A stretch of DNA of 64,000 nucleotides from Octopus sinensis (taxonomy: Eukaryota): NCBI RefSeq assembly GCF_006345805.1, contig NC_043001.1, positions 110,546,001 to 110,610,000 of the forward strand. The letters are read 5' to 3'. This document shows, piece by piece, positions 26,577 through 40,425 of the stretch; position 1 is the stretch's first letter; every line of letters begins with the position of its first letter. The translations under genes and the position numbers were made by a program. A model generated the notes under the pieces. That model was not told where the DNA came from. It saw only the letters and a list, made by a program, of their open reading frames with translations, and did no database searches.

Positions 26577-28774
26577 CACACATATATATCCACATACATA
26601 CTTGTATATATATATCTACACACACATATATATATATATGTATAATATATATATATATATATATATATGCGCGTTTCTATATATGCACACAAGCAAACAT
26701 AAATTAAAGGCTGAATTGCCTGTTTATTTCAATCACCATCTTGTATAACCTTGTAGTCTTTCAACAGTTGTTTTTGAGTTTTTGAGTTATACGTGATCAA
26801 TATATATTTCATTATATATTTCAATAGATAATATATAATGATAAATTGTAAGAGGTAAGATAAAAGTTTAATTAGGTTTATAATTAAAGTTTAAAGATTC
26901 AAAATGTCATTTCAACTTTTCCCTGTCGTATACAGACACTTGTCAGAATGCAAGCCATTTCAGCAAAAAATATGTTGCTTCTAAAATCGTTTTCTTTAAC
27001 TTAACAAATATTAAACTAAAACAAAAGAGACGAGTTACTGTGTAATTAAGTTAAACAAACAATCGCTTACTTAGTTGGACAATTAACCATTCAACTAATT
27101 AAAGAAATGGAATTGAACCAATGGCTGTGTTAATAATATTGGTATAATGATTCTCCCTAGACACAACAAATCTTGAACGCATGTATTCAGGTAAAGAATC
27201 TTGCAAACCAGATGCAAAAGCAAAGTGGAAGAGTTAAGCGTTATATTCAAATTTGAAAAGTTTCCTTCTAAAGAATTGTATATTACAAAACGGCATCGTA
27301 AAAATAGAAAAGAAGTGAGAAATTTAGCAGTTACAAAGTTCGAACATTGAACCTGCCTACATTCTTATCAAATTCTTGTTTATTTTTTCTTGTTTCATAG
27401 ATAGGACTTGGGGATACCGAAATAAAATTTTGAAAATGGAAGTTGTTATTTCATATTGGTTTCGAGTTTAGCATGAATAGAACTACTCTCGTGCTAAGGT
27501 GTAATATTTTTATCAGTCTTTAGAACGATGACCGTGGAGGCAGATGGACTAGTGGTTAGAGTTGAGGGATCGCGACTTCGAATCTCAGACCGGACAATGT
27601 CCTTCAGAGCTAGGCGGAACTAAATCGTGTCAGAAGCAACTGCGATGCGACAAAATAAGTATTTCGAGGTTTGTGCAGCTTCTCTATGTTACGTATGTGT
27701 ATTACAGAACAAAATCGAAGCAACTGTAGAAATAATGTAAAAAATAAAAACGATACGCAAAGGCGTTGAATAAGGAAAAGGATATTTCAATTATGAAAAC
27801 AGCCCTGTATTAAAAACAATAGCATAGTCAATGTAAGTATGGGGAGCCACAAGAACGGCGACATACGTATCTGAGGCTCTACAGGACACGTTTTGGGTGA
27901 ATTCATTTTGCTTAGCTCAGAAGTATATTGCCTGTATTATTTTTTAGACCATACGTCTATAAATGTGCATGTGTGAGAGAGATTGTGTAACTAAGTGAGA
28001 GGGAGAAAGAGGGAGAGAGAGAGAGAATTTTTGTATTCATGTAAAATAATCTTACATTATTCGAATGAAATCCTACAAACAACCGCCGAATAGGTTTGTT
28101 TGGTTATTTTTTCTGCTTCCAGTTTTTGTTTTTTTTAAGATTTTTCCTTTCCATTCAATACCTTATGTAATGTTGATGTTACCAAATTCTATGAAGAAAG
28201 ATCCTTGAAGCATTCAGAATTTAAATGGCGCTGAGAGACTCATTTTTTTCTTTCTTTAGCTGTATTTCACTAGTAGACAGAATGGAGAGAGTCGTTATTG
28301 AATATTGAATCAGAATGAATTCTTGTAAATTACGCTTTCATAAAAAAACACTCTTTTGAATTATGTCTCACGGTAGCATTTTTGTGACATATCTCAAGAT
28401 ATTTCACCTCCTTTTGAACATGTTGCAAAGATAAAGAAAAAAAACACCGGCAACCTGAAGAAAAGACATCGTTCAATAGACATATTCTTCTGTACACCTG
28501 TTGTTTCGTATAATTTTATAATTTTATTTATTATGTAGTTTTGATTCTTTTAATTTTTGCGTTTATATTAACACGCTGATTTTTTATCTTTTTATTGTTA
28601 GCATGACATATTCCTTTGGCATAATGTCAACATTCTTAGCCTCTAAAGATATGTGCAGAAAGTTTGCAGGCATAGAAACAAAACTGAGAAAACACAGGAT
28701 TCTCGACCACAGTAATGCAGATTTTTAAAAAATGTATCTTACAGAAGCAGAGGCATGCCAAAGTAAATATATAT

Positions 28775-29006
28775 GTTTCTTTATTACCCACAAGGGGCTA
28801 AACACAGAGGGGACAAACAAGGAGAGACAAAGGGATTAAGTCGATTACATCGACCCTAGTGCGAAACTGGTACTTTATTTATCGACGCCGAAAGGATGAA
28901 AGGCAAAGTCAACCTCGGCGGAATTTGAACTCAGAATGAAACGACAGACGAAATACTGCTAGGCATTTTGCCCGGCGTGCTAACGTTTCTGCCAGCTTGC
29001 CGCCTT
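28775..29006 (-). mobile_element. SINE family B monomer
   Basis: Reverse-complement match to 17373-17600. Confidence 0.88.
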
Positions 29007-29314
29007 ACAAGCTTGCAATACGAATTTAACACAAACACATGCAATTCCAAAAAGCTCTGCGAAAATGCAATAGTAAATTTATAATCTTTCCTCTCTCTCC
29101 CTCGTTCTTCTTCCTTTTTGAATAAAATACATTGATATATAAATGATCGTCTCCAAACGTTATCCTATGCCGTGTCGATAATTTGTGTACTTCCCATGGG
29201 TGTGATGGTCACACCCTTGACATATATAGAAAGCAATTTTTTATACTTTTAATCAATTAGGCCTTAAAATTACAGTAGCTACTAATCTGTCTATATCCTT
29301 AAATCCTTAAAAAA

Positions 29315-29520
29315 TGTTTCAGCCCGAAAGCTCTGACGATGCTGGGCCGGCACCGTTGAGTGTGGTACACTAGTGTGTGAAAACCACCTCTGATACGTGC
29401 CCCTTGGTCAACAAGGGAGTTCGCATCTGTGTTTCCTGCCGAGAGGTAGGTTCATCTGGAACCCCTGACAAAAAGACATCCAGTTTAGGTTTGAAGAATA
29501 GCTGGTTATTTAGATGTTTC
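29315..29520 (-). mobile_element. Old interspersed repeat fragment shared with 63335-63560
   Basis: Both regions contain ...CTTGGT(C/G)AA(C/G)AA(G/T)GGAGTT...CCTG/TTGCCG(A/C)GA(G/T)GTAGGTTCATCTGG... preceded by a GTTT(C/G)AGCCC tail. Confidence 0.5.
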
Positions 29521-29758
29521 CCTAGATCTAAACTCCTCGTATAAACGGTTCCATTAGCCTAATGTCACCCTCCTGTAATATTTAGAAACCTGATAGCTAA
29601 TATTTGTAACAGGGTGTCTAAACTCTCTTCGCCTAAAGAAATTTTCGAGAAAGCTGCCCCTATTATAGCAATGCCTTAGACAATAGTGGCTTCAAATAAA
29701 AATTAATATATATATATCCTCTAATACTTAACATAATAATAATAATAATAACAACAAC

Positions 29759-29811
<53 letters not shown>

Positions 29812-30137
29812 TAATAATCAGCAACTCACAGATACCGGAAAATATTTAATAGGCGTTCTATGAAATGATCATATATCTACTGGCCCAATATGAAGAGTAT
29901 CATTATATGTATGTATATATATATATATATATATATAATATGTATTTATATATGTATAGGCACACACACACGCACATATATATATATGGTTGAAATTTAC
30001 AGAGAAAAAGATGAAGACAGGTGTATAAACAACAAGCAGGTGTATTAGGTCGATGCTTGAGAAATACTATATGTAGTAGAGGTCACTTGCCCAAGGTGCC
30101 GCGTAGAGGGACTGAACCTAGAATCTTGTATATATAC

Positions 30138-30196
<59 letters not shown>

Positions 30197-30699
30197 GTAT
30201 ATATACATATATATATATATTATATATATATATATATATAATATATATATATATAATATATATATATATAATATATATATATATATCTACATATATATAC
30301 GTATGTGCGTGTGTACGTCTGTTTGTGTATGACTTGGGCGGCGGTACCATCCTGTCCGCATCCGATCATAGACTAATGATACGTTACTTGTGTTGTCCAG
30401 TAAGATGTCGTCAGAAACTCAACTTGAAATTAATTTACACCTTATTGTCGCTGTTTTTGGTTTCGTTTTATTCAGGTGAAAATGCGTGGGATGCGCCCAC
30501 GAAACATTAACACTTACGAACGAAAGTCAATCTTATTTTGAAGTAATGTAGAATTACAGCCAAATACGTTGAATGTCACATTCTTTCATCTGTCCACTCA
30601 CATGTACACAAACATTCATATATACGTACACAGACACACACACTCATATATACGTACACAGACACACACACTCACTCACATTCATACACACACACACAT

Positions 30700-30753
<54 letters not shown>

Positions 30754-31419
30754 GTGTGTATGATTGTGTGCTCGTTTGCGTGTGCCTGTATGAATATATA
30801 TATATATACATATATACATATATGCATATATATATATATATATACATACATACATATATTATATATATATATATCCATGTACAAATATAAATTCTGCTTT
30901 ATCAGGTCTGATGTTCTAAAAACATGCAAAGGAAAGTAGTGTGCAATTAAGGAGATTTAAGTGCATTTTCATGTAACACTATTTATATGTCTACTTGCAT
31001 GGAGTAACATTTCTCAGTTACATTCTTTCATTATATGTGTATATATATATATACATATATATATATATGTTGTTATATATGTGTGTACGTGTATACGGAG
31101 CAATCGTGAGTCACACAAAGATATAAATAGACAGATACGAAGTAAAGCAAACTGGAGATTATACTTGCTGATCTTTTGAAATTTCATGTTCCGGGGATAA
31201 TTATCTCCTCAAACCTAATTGTGTACCCATGTGAACAGCATATATACATATGAAATGGTAAAACCGTTTTATAATTCTTGAACTATAGAATGAAATCACA
31301 CAGACAGAAAACAAAAACGAATGGTAAGAACGAACTGAGCTACAGGTTATTGCAAACCGGAGGAGGAAATGCTACGTGTGTATGAGTAAAGTATTGTAAA
31401 CTTATGCACCACGTAAGAA

Positions 31420-31596
31420 AGGCGGCGAGCTGGCAGAAACGTCAGCACGCCGGACGAAATGCGTAGCCGTATTTCGTCTGCCGTTACGCTCTGAGTTCAA
31501 ATTCCGCCTTTCATCCTTTCAGGGTCGATATAATCGACTTAATGACTGTCTTTGTTTGTTATCTCTATGTTTAGCCCCTTGTGGGCAATAAATAAA
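31420..31596 (+). mobile_element. SINE family B, internally deleted
   Basis: Head GGCGGCGAGCTGGCAGAAACG and tail GCCCCTTGTGGGCAATAAA, with two internal deletions relative to 28775-29006. Confidence 0.85.
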
Positions 31597-31979
31597 TACG
31601 GTAGGATGAAAAAGAGAATTGGGAAATGCAAACTGAATAAAATTAAAACCGAAGAGTTTATGAATCCGCATATCCTTATTTACAAGCACAAAGATTAGAC
31701 ATTCACAGCGCGCCCACGGGCATCCACATACATACGTACATGCATGCGTACACTCACATGCCCTCAACATTTCCCCTCCCAGTTTGCAAAACATTATTTC
31801 GTTGTTTATTTTTATGTTCCTAAAAAATATTTATCGTGCATATAACTAGATTTTATATTACCGTATGTAGTCGGTAGTACATGCAATTTTTGCTTGATAG
31901 TTGGAGCTGTGTAGGAAGGACGATTGAACTGATATTAAGACATTTAATTCACAAAATATTCAAGGTACAACATTTTTTC

Positions 31980-32451
31980 TACTCAAGGCACAAGGCCCGA
32001 AATTTTGTGGGAGGGGGCCAGTCGATTAGATCGACCTCAGTACGCAACTGGTACGTATTTAATCGAACCTGAAATGATGAAAGGCAAAGTCGATCTCGGA
32101 GGAACATGAACTCAGACCGTAGTGGTAGACGAAATAGCGCTATGCATTTCGCCAGGCGTGCTAACGTTTCTTATTCCTTTGCTGCACACAAGGGGCTACA
32201 CACAGAGGGGACAAATAAGGACAGACAAACGGGTTAAGTCTATTATTTCGACCCCAATGCGTAACTGGTACTTATTTAATCGACCCTGAATGGATGAAAG
32301 GCGGAATTTGAACTCAGAACGTAACGGCAGACCCGAAAGGATGAAAGGCAAAGCCGACCTCGGCGGAATTTGAACTCAGAACGAAGCGGTAGACGAAATA
32401 ACGTTCAGCACTTCACCCGGCGTTATAAAGATTCTGCCAGTTGACCGCCTT
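31980..32451 (-). mobile_element. Tandem cluster of three partial SINE family B units with two different 3' tails
   Basis: Repeated GGATGAAAGGC...GAATTTGAACTCAGA; tails TACTCAAGGCACAAGGCCCGAAA and GGGGCTACACACAGAGGGGAC. Confidence 0.85.
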
Positions 32452-33673
32452 TTCAAGGTACAACATTAAAACATAGATAATTGGTTCTGCTATACCGCAT
32501 TTTCCCACGTGCACACGGTTTTGTGATGAAAGTAACAAGTGTAATGGGACTAAATGGAATGCCCCGCTTATGTTGGATAATAGATTGTACATTATGGACG
32601 TAGGAAATAAGTCAATGAGTATAATTCAATTAGTGAGTCATATATCGTTATTAAATTTGACGGTGATAATGGAGAAAATTTATGTTCACACTCTAATACT
32701 CCTAGTTTATGCTGATAGCAAGTTATCTTGCTTATATTTGTCACTAGATTTCTCTCTTTCAAATATATGAATATATGCATATGCGTGAGCGTGTGTATGC
32801 TTAAATGTGTTCACATGCGTCTCCCTTTGATCGTACTAGTTCGTGTGTGTACACGTTTGTTCTCTCTTTCAGCTCTATTACAATTTCTGTTTGGATATGG
32901 TAAGCGTTTGCAACCCAATGAATTTTATTTTAATATCTCATCTGTAAAAGATTGGTATTACGAGAAGAGCATAACGCATAGGTCTATCTTTGCTAAACTT
33001 GATGTTTATCGACTGTGGTGGTCTGGTGTGTTGCTGTGATATTCCAATGCAGCATATGTGTATTTTGTAACTAGATCGGTTGATTTACCATATGTTGTGC
33101 CCGATCTAAATAAATACTACTTTCTTCTGTTTTCTAGTCACTCCGTTTCGTCACTAGTTGCTTGCCTCCAACGCATTCAGCGAATGAATGCATTCGGATG
33201 TGCTTTGTAAACGTGCGTGCGAGTCTGTAATCTGTATAAATGTATGTGGATATGGGTGAAGCCTATTGCAAAGATTATGACGGGGAAGTCTCTGTGTAGT
33301 TGCTCTATTTTCTGACATAATTGTGTGGTGCGACGCATAAAGTAACCCGACCGCTTTTAACATTGACATGGATTAGGGTGTCCACACTTTTCTTCAGACA
33401 ATTCTGAAACACAAGTCAACTGCGAATGCAAATGCAATAAGATTATTGCATAAGGAACATGACGTCAAAAATATATAGTTACGACTATTTTTTATAATAG
33501 TGATTGCTGTTGTAAGAAGCGTGGTGGAAATAGTAGTTATCATAGAAATGATATTTTTGGTTGTTGTTGTTGTTCTTCTTCTTCTTATTATTATTATTAC
33601 TACTACTACTACTACTACTACTACTATTACTATTCTTGTTCTTGTTCTTGTTCTTCTTCTTCTTATTATTATT

Positions 33674-34231
33674 ATTGAGTGAGAGAGCAGTTCATGCCAT
33701 CAAAGTGACACTAGGGTAAAATATACGAAGCCCAATATACCCATCATGACTACCCGTCTAATAAAGGTACACCAGGCACATGCATCACAACCATATGTGC
33801 GCGACATGGTGATCTCATATCAAGATAAACAGCACTGACCTTGCAGGTGGGGCCCAGTTAGAATTTTCTTCAGGTTGAGTAGCCCATCCCGCTCAAACGG
33901 TCCCTGAATAAGGGTTGTTTAAGGATGTTGAAAAAACCACCTATGTTTCCAGAGGTGAATTATTCAAACCCCAAAGAATCCCTCTCAACACATGGCTATG
34001 ATGCTCCCCCACTACTTCTGCTCGTGATCAGAGATGCCCATATCGTCAGCCACTAAGGGACATGCTCAACTGGTTAAGGTCAAACAACTGACAAGCAAAT
34101 CTGTGGTATTGAGCAGAATATTTGATGTAGCCCATCTTTTATACCAATACAAAACAAGGTACGTGATGACACTTCCAATCAGTTAAGATCAGAAGCCATG
34201 AGAGCCACTGCCTGGTACTGCATCAGGGCAT
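33674..34231 (-). mobile_element. Family D element, reverse copy
   Basis: Reverse complement of 25412-25968; (ATT/ACT/CTT)n on the left and (TTA)n on the right. Confidence 0.85.
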
Positions 34232-34935
34232 TTATTATTATTATTATTATTATTATTTATTATTATATTATTATTATTATTATTATATTATTATTATTAT
34301 TATTATTATTAAAAGGAGCGGGATGACAAAATCGAAGATTTTAGATTCTGTTGAGTGGTATTTGTTTCTTAATATCTTTACATTCTCAGATCGAATTATA
34401 CCGCTGTCGATTTTACGTTTCAAAATTACCGAGATCTTCTCTAAATTCAGCATAGGTTAAGCGACGGGGTCGATTATGAATACCCTAATTTCCACCAATT
34501 TTCTCTAAGCATGCACTTGCTACTGGACAAACTCAAGAAAAAAAGAAACATGTATTTCGCGATCCTTTACGGTTTTCGTTTACTGCTGATGTATTTCTGT
34601 GATTTCTTAATACATTACGTTCAGGAAACATTCTTAAGACGAATACATGGGATAATTTCGTACCATCGGCATTGTTCGTGAGATTGACTGACGGTATGAT
34701 AGAGCGCTTGTCTGTGAAAACCGCCACAAACATTCGAGGTCCCTGATGGATGCCTCTGAGAACTTAGATTTCCACAGAGAGGGAAACATAGGCTGCATTG
34801 GTCTGGCTTCTGCCTATCAAAAGCCAGGCAGCTGTTCTCCTGCAAGTCCGGTGATACCCTAGTCACGTAGTTTATGATATGTCATTCGTTTATGACATGT
34901 CCTTCCTTCTCCCAAGTCAAAAAAAGGAAAAAGAA

Positions 34936-35203
34936 ATGCAAAGTTTCATGCTATATGGATTCAATAACGAATTGATAGATGAGTTTTTTTTCATGGGACG
35001 ACGTAAAGAAAGTAGGGACTCCTGGATTTGATAACAATGGGGAATGGCACAGGTGTGTGCTCACAACAAGGGAACAAGAAGAGATAATATATACGTTAGA
35101 ACACGGTTACAGCTGTTGGGAGTTGTATTATGACTGGGATTTATTACCAAATTACACGATTTATGATAGGTTATTCGAGGAAACGGGTTTTCCTCTATGC
35201 TAG
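34936..35203 (+). other. Orphan coding-like segment (74-aa ORF, ~89 aa if one T in the T8 run is removed)
   Basis: Non-repetitive, complex ORF MSFFSWDDVKKVGTPGFDNNGEWHRCVLTTREQEEIIYTLEHGYSCWELYYDWDLLPNYTIYDRLFEETGFPLC; the upstream frame gives MQSFMLYGFNNELIDEFF. No family recognised. Confidence 0.3.
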
Positions 35204-35949
35204 AGGAACCAGGTTTTAAAAAGTAGAAAATGGGACTGTTCGTAAGTAGGGCGAGTGTTTCCATTTCAGTTTTTTCATTTTTCATTGTCATTCATATTAT
35301 CACATTTTTTTCATTGTTATATGTCCCACAGCTCTTGTATTGTCCCGCTACTGTGTGCCCCTTGTGGGCAATAAAGATACAAAACTTTACGAAGGCTGAA
35401 GCTAACTCAAAATATTTTACGTCTGTATTTGAGTGTTTGAACCGTTCTTTCAATACCCAGTCATAATAATGTAATAATTGCGTGAGACAACTCATTTGTG
35501 CGTTTGTTAGTAAGAATATTTTCTTTTAGGAACATGATCAACCGCCTTCTAAAAATGAATCCTATGGCATTGCTAACATGTGAGACGCGAGAGACAGTCC
35601 TGTAATGTTTAGCATGTGCTCTGCTTCCTTTATGGTTTAATATTGTGAAAATCGTATTACATGAAATGAAACTCTGAATATTTTGCTGCAGTGACTTCAC
35701 AAGAGCTTTCTTGCGCGTCCTTAAAGGAACAGCAGGAACTACGTCTGGGCCCGTTTCTGAGTACATCTATTAAATCGCCGATACCTTCTGCCTCTATGTC
35801 GTTGTATACGATGTTCGTCACATGCACACTAGTATATGCGTATATATCTTATTTCTCACTGTATCAATGTGTACATATAAACACACACATACAAATGTAT
35901 ATATATATATATAAATATATATATATTTCTCTCTCTCTCTCTCTCTGTT

Positions 35950-35985
<36 letters not shown>

Positions 35986-36274
35986 CATATGATATAGATA
36001 GATACATAGATAGACAGATAGATATATACATACATATATACATAAATATACATACCTAAAAACATGCATACATATATACACTCACATATGCGTGTATATC
36101 TGAGCAAAATATAAAGACGGGTATATGTGTAACTATACGGGCCATTTAAACTTTAAAATTTCTTTTAACCTCCTTCATATCATGTGTTCTTTATAATTTA
36201 AATTATATTACATTTGAAATATTGAAACGAAATGTAAGAAGTGACAAGAGAATAATACATAAATAATATATCCT

Positions 36275-36349
<75 letters not shown>

Positions 36350-36568
36350 ATATATATATATATATAGATAGATATATAGATATATATATATATATAGATA
36401 GATATATAGATAGATAGATAGATAGATAGATAGATTGATAGATAGATAGGTAGATAGATATGTTCTTATATAGATAAATATATGGAAAGATATGTGGTGC
36501 GTACGCATTTCTGCATATATGGATATGCATATATATATTTACGTATAATATATATATATATATATATA

Positions 36569-36640
<72 letters not shown>

Positions 36641-37574
36641 TGTGTGTGTGTATAAATATGTATATATATATGTATATATATATAATATATATATATAATA
36701 TATATATTATATATATACATATTTAAGTAGTTCAATGAGTTATCTTAGTATGGATAATTCGGTTAACCGATACCTGGGTAGCAAATTCACGTCAGAAAAA
36801 CACGGTTGAAGCTACATGCAAAGGGCAGAGATCACGTGCTATCGTGTGGGAAATTGTGTGTTTTTTAATACAAATAAATGAAAGAATGGTGTTGAATTTT
36901 CTGGCGTCTGTAATTCCGAACATTTCCATATATTGTTCGCCAAATTCCCTTTCGTTAATACAATGTTTGAAAAGTCCTATAGGTGCATGCACTGGCAGAA
37001 ACATACCTTTCACTCATATGAATGATGATTAAAATAGATAACCTCCTTGAATTTTATTAATTTGGTTCCATTTATACATCACCCCCATAGACAAATTTTT
37101 ATACTCATAAAGGACTACTACCAAATTCGTTGAGATATGTTTTACCTTAGTCTCTCTACCTCGCCCTCCCCTCTCTCTCTCTCCCTCTCTCTCTATAGTA
37201 AGCACAATCAAACACACAGACACAAACCTGTCACTTCACCACTGTTTGCTTTTGGCATCAACCCAACCATACACACAATCACGCACACACATATACACAC
37301 ATACACACGAATGCAGTTATATACAGACGCACACATAGGCACTCAATCACAAAAGCAAACAACACATCACCATTCATATGACTTGCACCCTATCACCTTC
37401 CTATTATTAGATCTCTCCCCTCCAACCTTGTTTGAACCCTTGAACTTTCAACCATTTTTGACGTCACTGCTTATAACGGAATATTTTAAAGAAACACTCA
37501 TTATCGCTATGGATTCCGTGTGGGCAGTCATCTAAGAGTTTTTGTTCATCTTGATGCTGACATAAGTTCCTTGT

Positions 37575-37657
37575 TTTTCCTGATGAGAAGGCGGCATAAT
37601 GCACCCCTTATTCCTTCGAAGTTAGGAATATGCAGCCTTCGAAACATATGTCGAGAA
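37575..37657 (+). ncRNA. Type I hammerhead ribozyme, canonical core, palindromic stem III
   Basis: Stem I TTTTC(37575-79)/GAGAA(37653-57); core CTGATGA 37580-86; stem II GAAGGC/GCCTTC extended by GCATA/TATGC and ATTCCT/AGGAAT; GAAA 37641-44; stem III ACATATGT (perfect palindrome); GUC cleavage triplet ending at 37652. Confidence 0.85.
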
Positions 37658-37701
37658 TAAAGGAATTTTGTTAAATCGTCGTTCAACTCCATTCTTTCAT
37701 T

Positions 37702-37734
<33 letters not shown>

Positions 37735-37810
37735 TATTATACACACACACATACATACATATATATACATATATACATACATATATATACATACATACAT
37801 TATTATATAT

Positions 37811-37874
<64 letters not shown>

Positions 37875-37973
37875 TATATATACGAAGGGCTTCTTTCAGT
37901 TTACGACTACAAATCCACTCACATGGCTTTGATTGGCCCGAAGCTATGTAGAAGACACACACACACACGCCCA

Positions 37974-38017
<44 letters not shown>

Positions 38018-38034
38018 ATATATATATATGTAGG

Positions 38035-38342
38035 AAGAGCATTCCATCAGTTACGACGGAGAGGGTCCCTGCTGATACGATCAACGGAAATTCTAGCATG
38101 TGAAATTAACGTGAAAGTGGCTGAGCACTCCAAAGACACGTTTTCCCTTCACGTAGTTCTTAGAGTGAATGAGCGTGACACGAAGTTTGACAAAGCTGGC
38201 CCTCTGAAATACAGGTACTACTCAAATTTTGCAGCTGAGTGAAATAAAGTGTCTTGGTCAAGTGCACAATGCGTCGCCGGAAATTGAACTCGCGACCTTA
38301 CGATCATGAGCTCGATGCTCTCCCCACTAAGCCACGCGCGTT
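38035..38342 (-). mobile_element. SINE family C-like, reverse copy
   Basis: Reverse head GCGCGTGGCTTAGTGGGGAGAGCATCGAGCTCATGATCGTAAGG...GAGTTCAATTTCC, followed by GTGCACTTGACCAAGACACTTTATTTCAC. Confidence 0.75.
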
Positions 38343-38355
38343 CACTATATATATG

Positions 38356-38407
<52 letters not shown>

Positions 38408-38409
38408 TG

Positions 38410-38620
38410 TATGTATTTGTATGTCTGTGTTTGTCTCCCCACCATTGCTTGACAACCGATGCTTTTGTGTTTACGTCACCGTAAGTTAGCGGTTCGGCAA
38501 AGGTGACCGATAGAATAAGTACGAGGCTTACAAAGAATAAGCCCTGGGCTTGATTTGATCGACCAAAGCAGGTTCTCGAGCATAGCCGCAATTACATAAC
38601 TGAAACAAATAAAATAGAAG
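38410..38620 (+). mobile_element. SINE family A, 3' half
   Basis: GCTTGACAACCGATGC...GCGGTTCGGCAAA...GATAGAATAAGTAC...GAAACAAATAAAA. Confidence 0.8.
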
Positions 38621-38758
38621 AATATGTATGTGTGAGCGCACATGCATGTATACTTATACATATATGTGCGACTGTGTGTGTTTATATATGTATATATATA
38701 TATATACATACATATCTATCTATCTATCTATATATATATCTATATCTATGTCTCTCTC

Positions 38759-38820
<62 letters not shown>

Positions 38821-39382
38821 ATTATGTATATATATAAAAATATATATATATATATATATAATATATATATATATATATTATATATATATTAAATATTATA
38901 TATATAATATATATATATATGTGTGTGTGTGGTGTGTGTGTGTGGTGTATAAATATATATATGTCTGTGTATATGAACGAGTATCGGTGAAGCATTTCTC
39001 TAGCAAATGTAATCAACCTGGATCATATTTTAAAACGGATGCATCAACGTGAATGTACAGCCATTTAATAATCTAATAAACAGTTAAAATCCCTTTAAAA
39101 TTAAATCAATCGCACCAAGTGTCTCAATTTTCGTCACACAACTGCGACATCATCACTGACACTGCATCGTATTGCAGTAAATCTCTGTGAGAAAACGCTT
39201 TCCGCTGCACGGTAAGAATTTGACATCTCATAAAATATATTTTAATTTGATGTGCATTTAAAAGTTTCATGTTTTCTTTAATGACTCTTCCAGAACGAAT
39301 TCGCTGTATGTATATCTATCTGTCTATTTATTTATGTCATTCTGTCTACCTTTCTATCTATTTACACAGGAAGTACCCATAC

Positions 39383-39429
<47 letters not shown>

Positions 39430-40234
39430 TATATATTCCATTTCTCATATACATATATATAATTTTTATAATTTAATTAAATGCCACGTATCCATTTCCA
39501 AGTGAGTTTATCTTAACCTTTTTTTTTATAGGACCCTACTCTATATTGTTTTTTTTACCCCATCCTTATCTAAATCCCCTTTTCTCTCCTTCACCGTTTT
39601 CTATCTATCTATCTGTCTCTCTCCCTATTTTTCTCTCTCTCGTTTGTCACACGTGACCATCGTCCATCTTTCTTTTCCTCCCGTGAGCATGTTTTTTTTC
39701 CTACACGACGTTCTAGGGACTGGATGTTTTCTTTCTCTCTCTTCTATCATTTCTCTTTTCAAAAAAAAATTTCTCACAGCATTCACTACTTTCCTCTCGT
39801 TCTAGTCAAACGTCCCTCCATGTTTGTTTTCGTTCAGTTTCCTTGTATGTCTCCACTATCCTGGGTTTTTTTTACCCAGATTTGACCCTCCATAAATCCA
39901 AAGTTTTATTTTAGAATTAATGGGAGCAACTGTATTTTAATACTCATATTGTCACAGAATGCTCAAAATTTGGAGTAGATACACAGCCGACAAGTAATGA
40001 AAGGTCGTTCTCTGTGTTTATTTGCGTATTTAACTCATATGCCTTCGTACTTCATTGTATATAGGTCTTATTCCAATACCGGTATTGGAATATTACATAT
40101 ATAACATTCTGCCTAAAAAATGGATCTGCAAATTCAATATCCCTACATATCTCACATTTATTTTCTTTCCTCCACCTCACTCTCTAAGTTGTATCACATC
40201 TAAACTAAATATGACTTAACCATCCTCTCACACC

Positions 40235-40286
40235 GTCTCCGATGAAGGGATACAATTGATAAATATCCTGGAAACAGCTGAAAGAC
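40235..40286 (+). ncRNA. Decayed hammerhead-like motif at the end of a probable Penelope-derived repeat (~39500-40330)
   Basis: GTCT-CCGATGA-A-GGGATA..TATCCT-G-GAAACAGCTG(A)-A-AGAC; stems I and II are intact, but the cleavage-triplet U is mutated. Confidence 0.45.
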
Positions 40287-40354
40287 CTTCTATCAATAAA
40301 TGTTCTAATATCTACACAGCCTTGTTTATTTATCTCATTACGCAAATAATTCTC

Positions 40355-40425
<71 letters not shown>

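Noticed and set aside
36792-37013. Minus-strand 73-aa ORF (VHAPIGLFKHCINEREFGEQYMEMFG...)
   Set aside because: Protein-like composition, but no recognisable family and no convincing splice donor.
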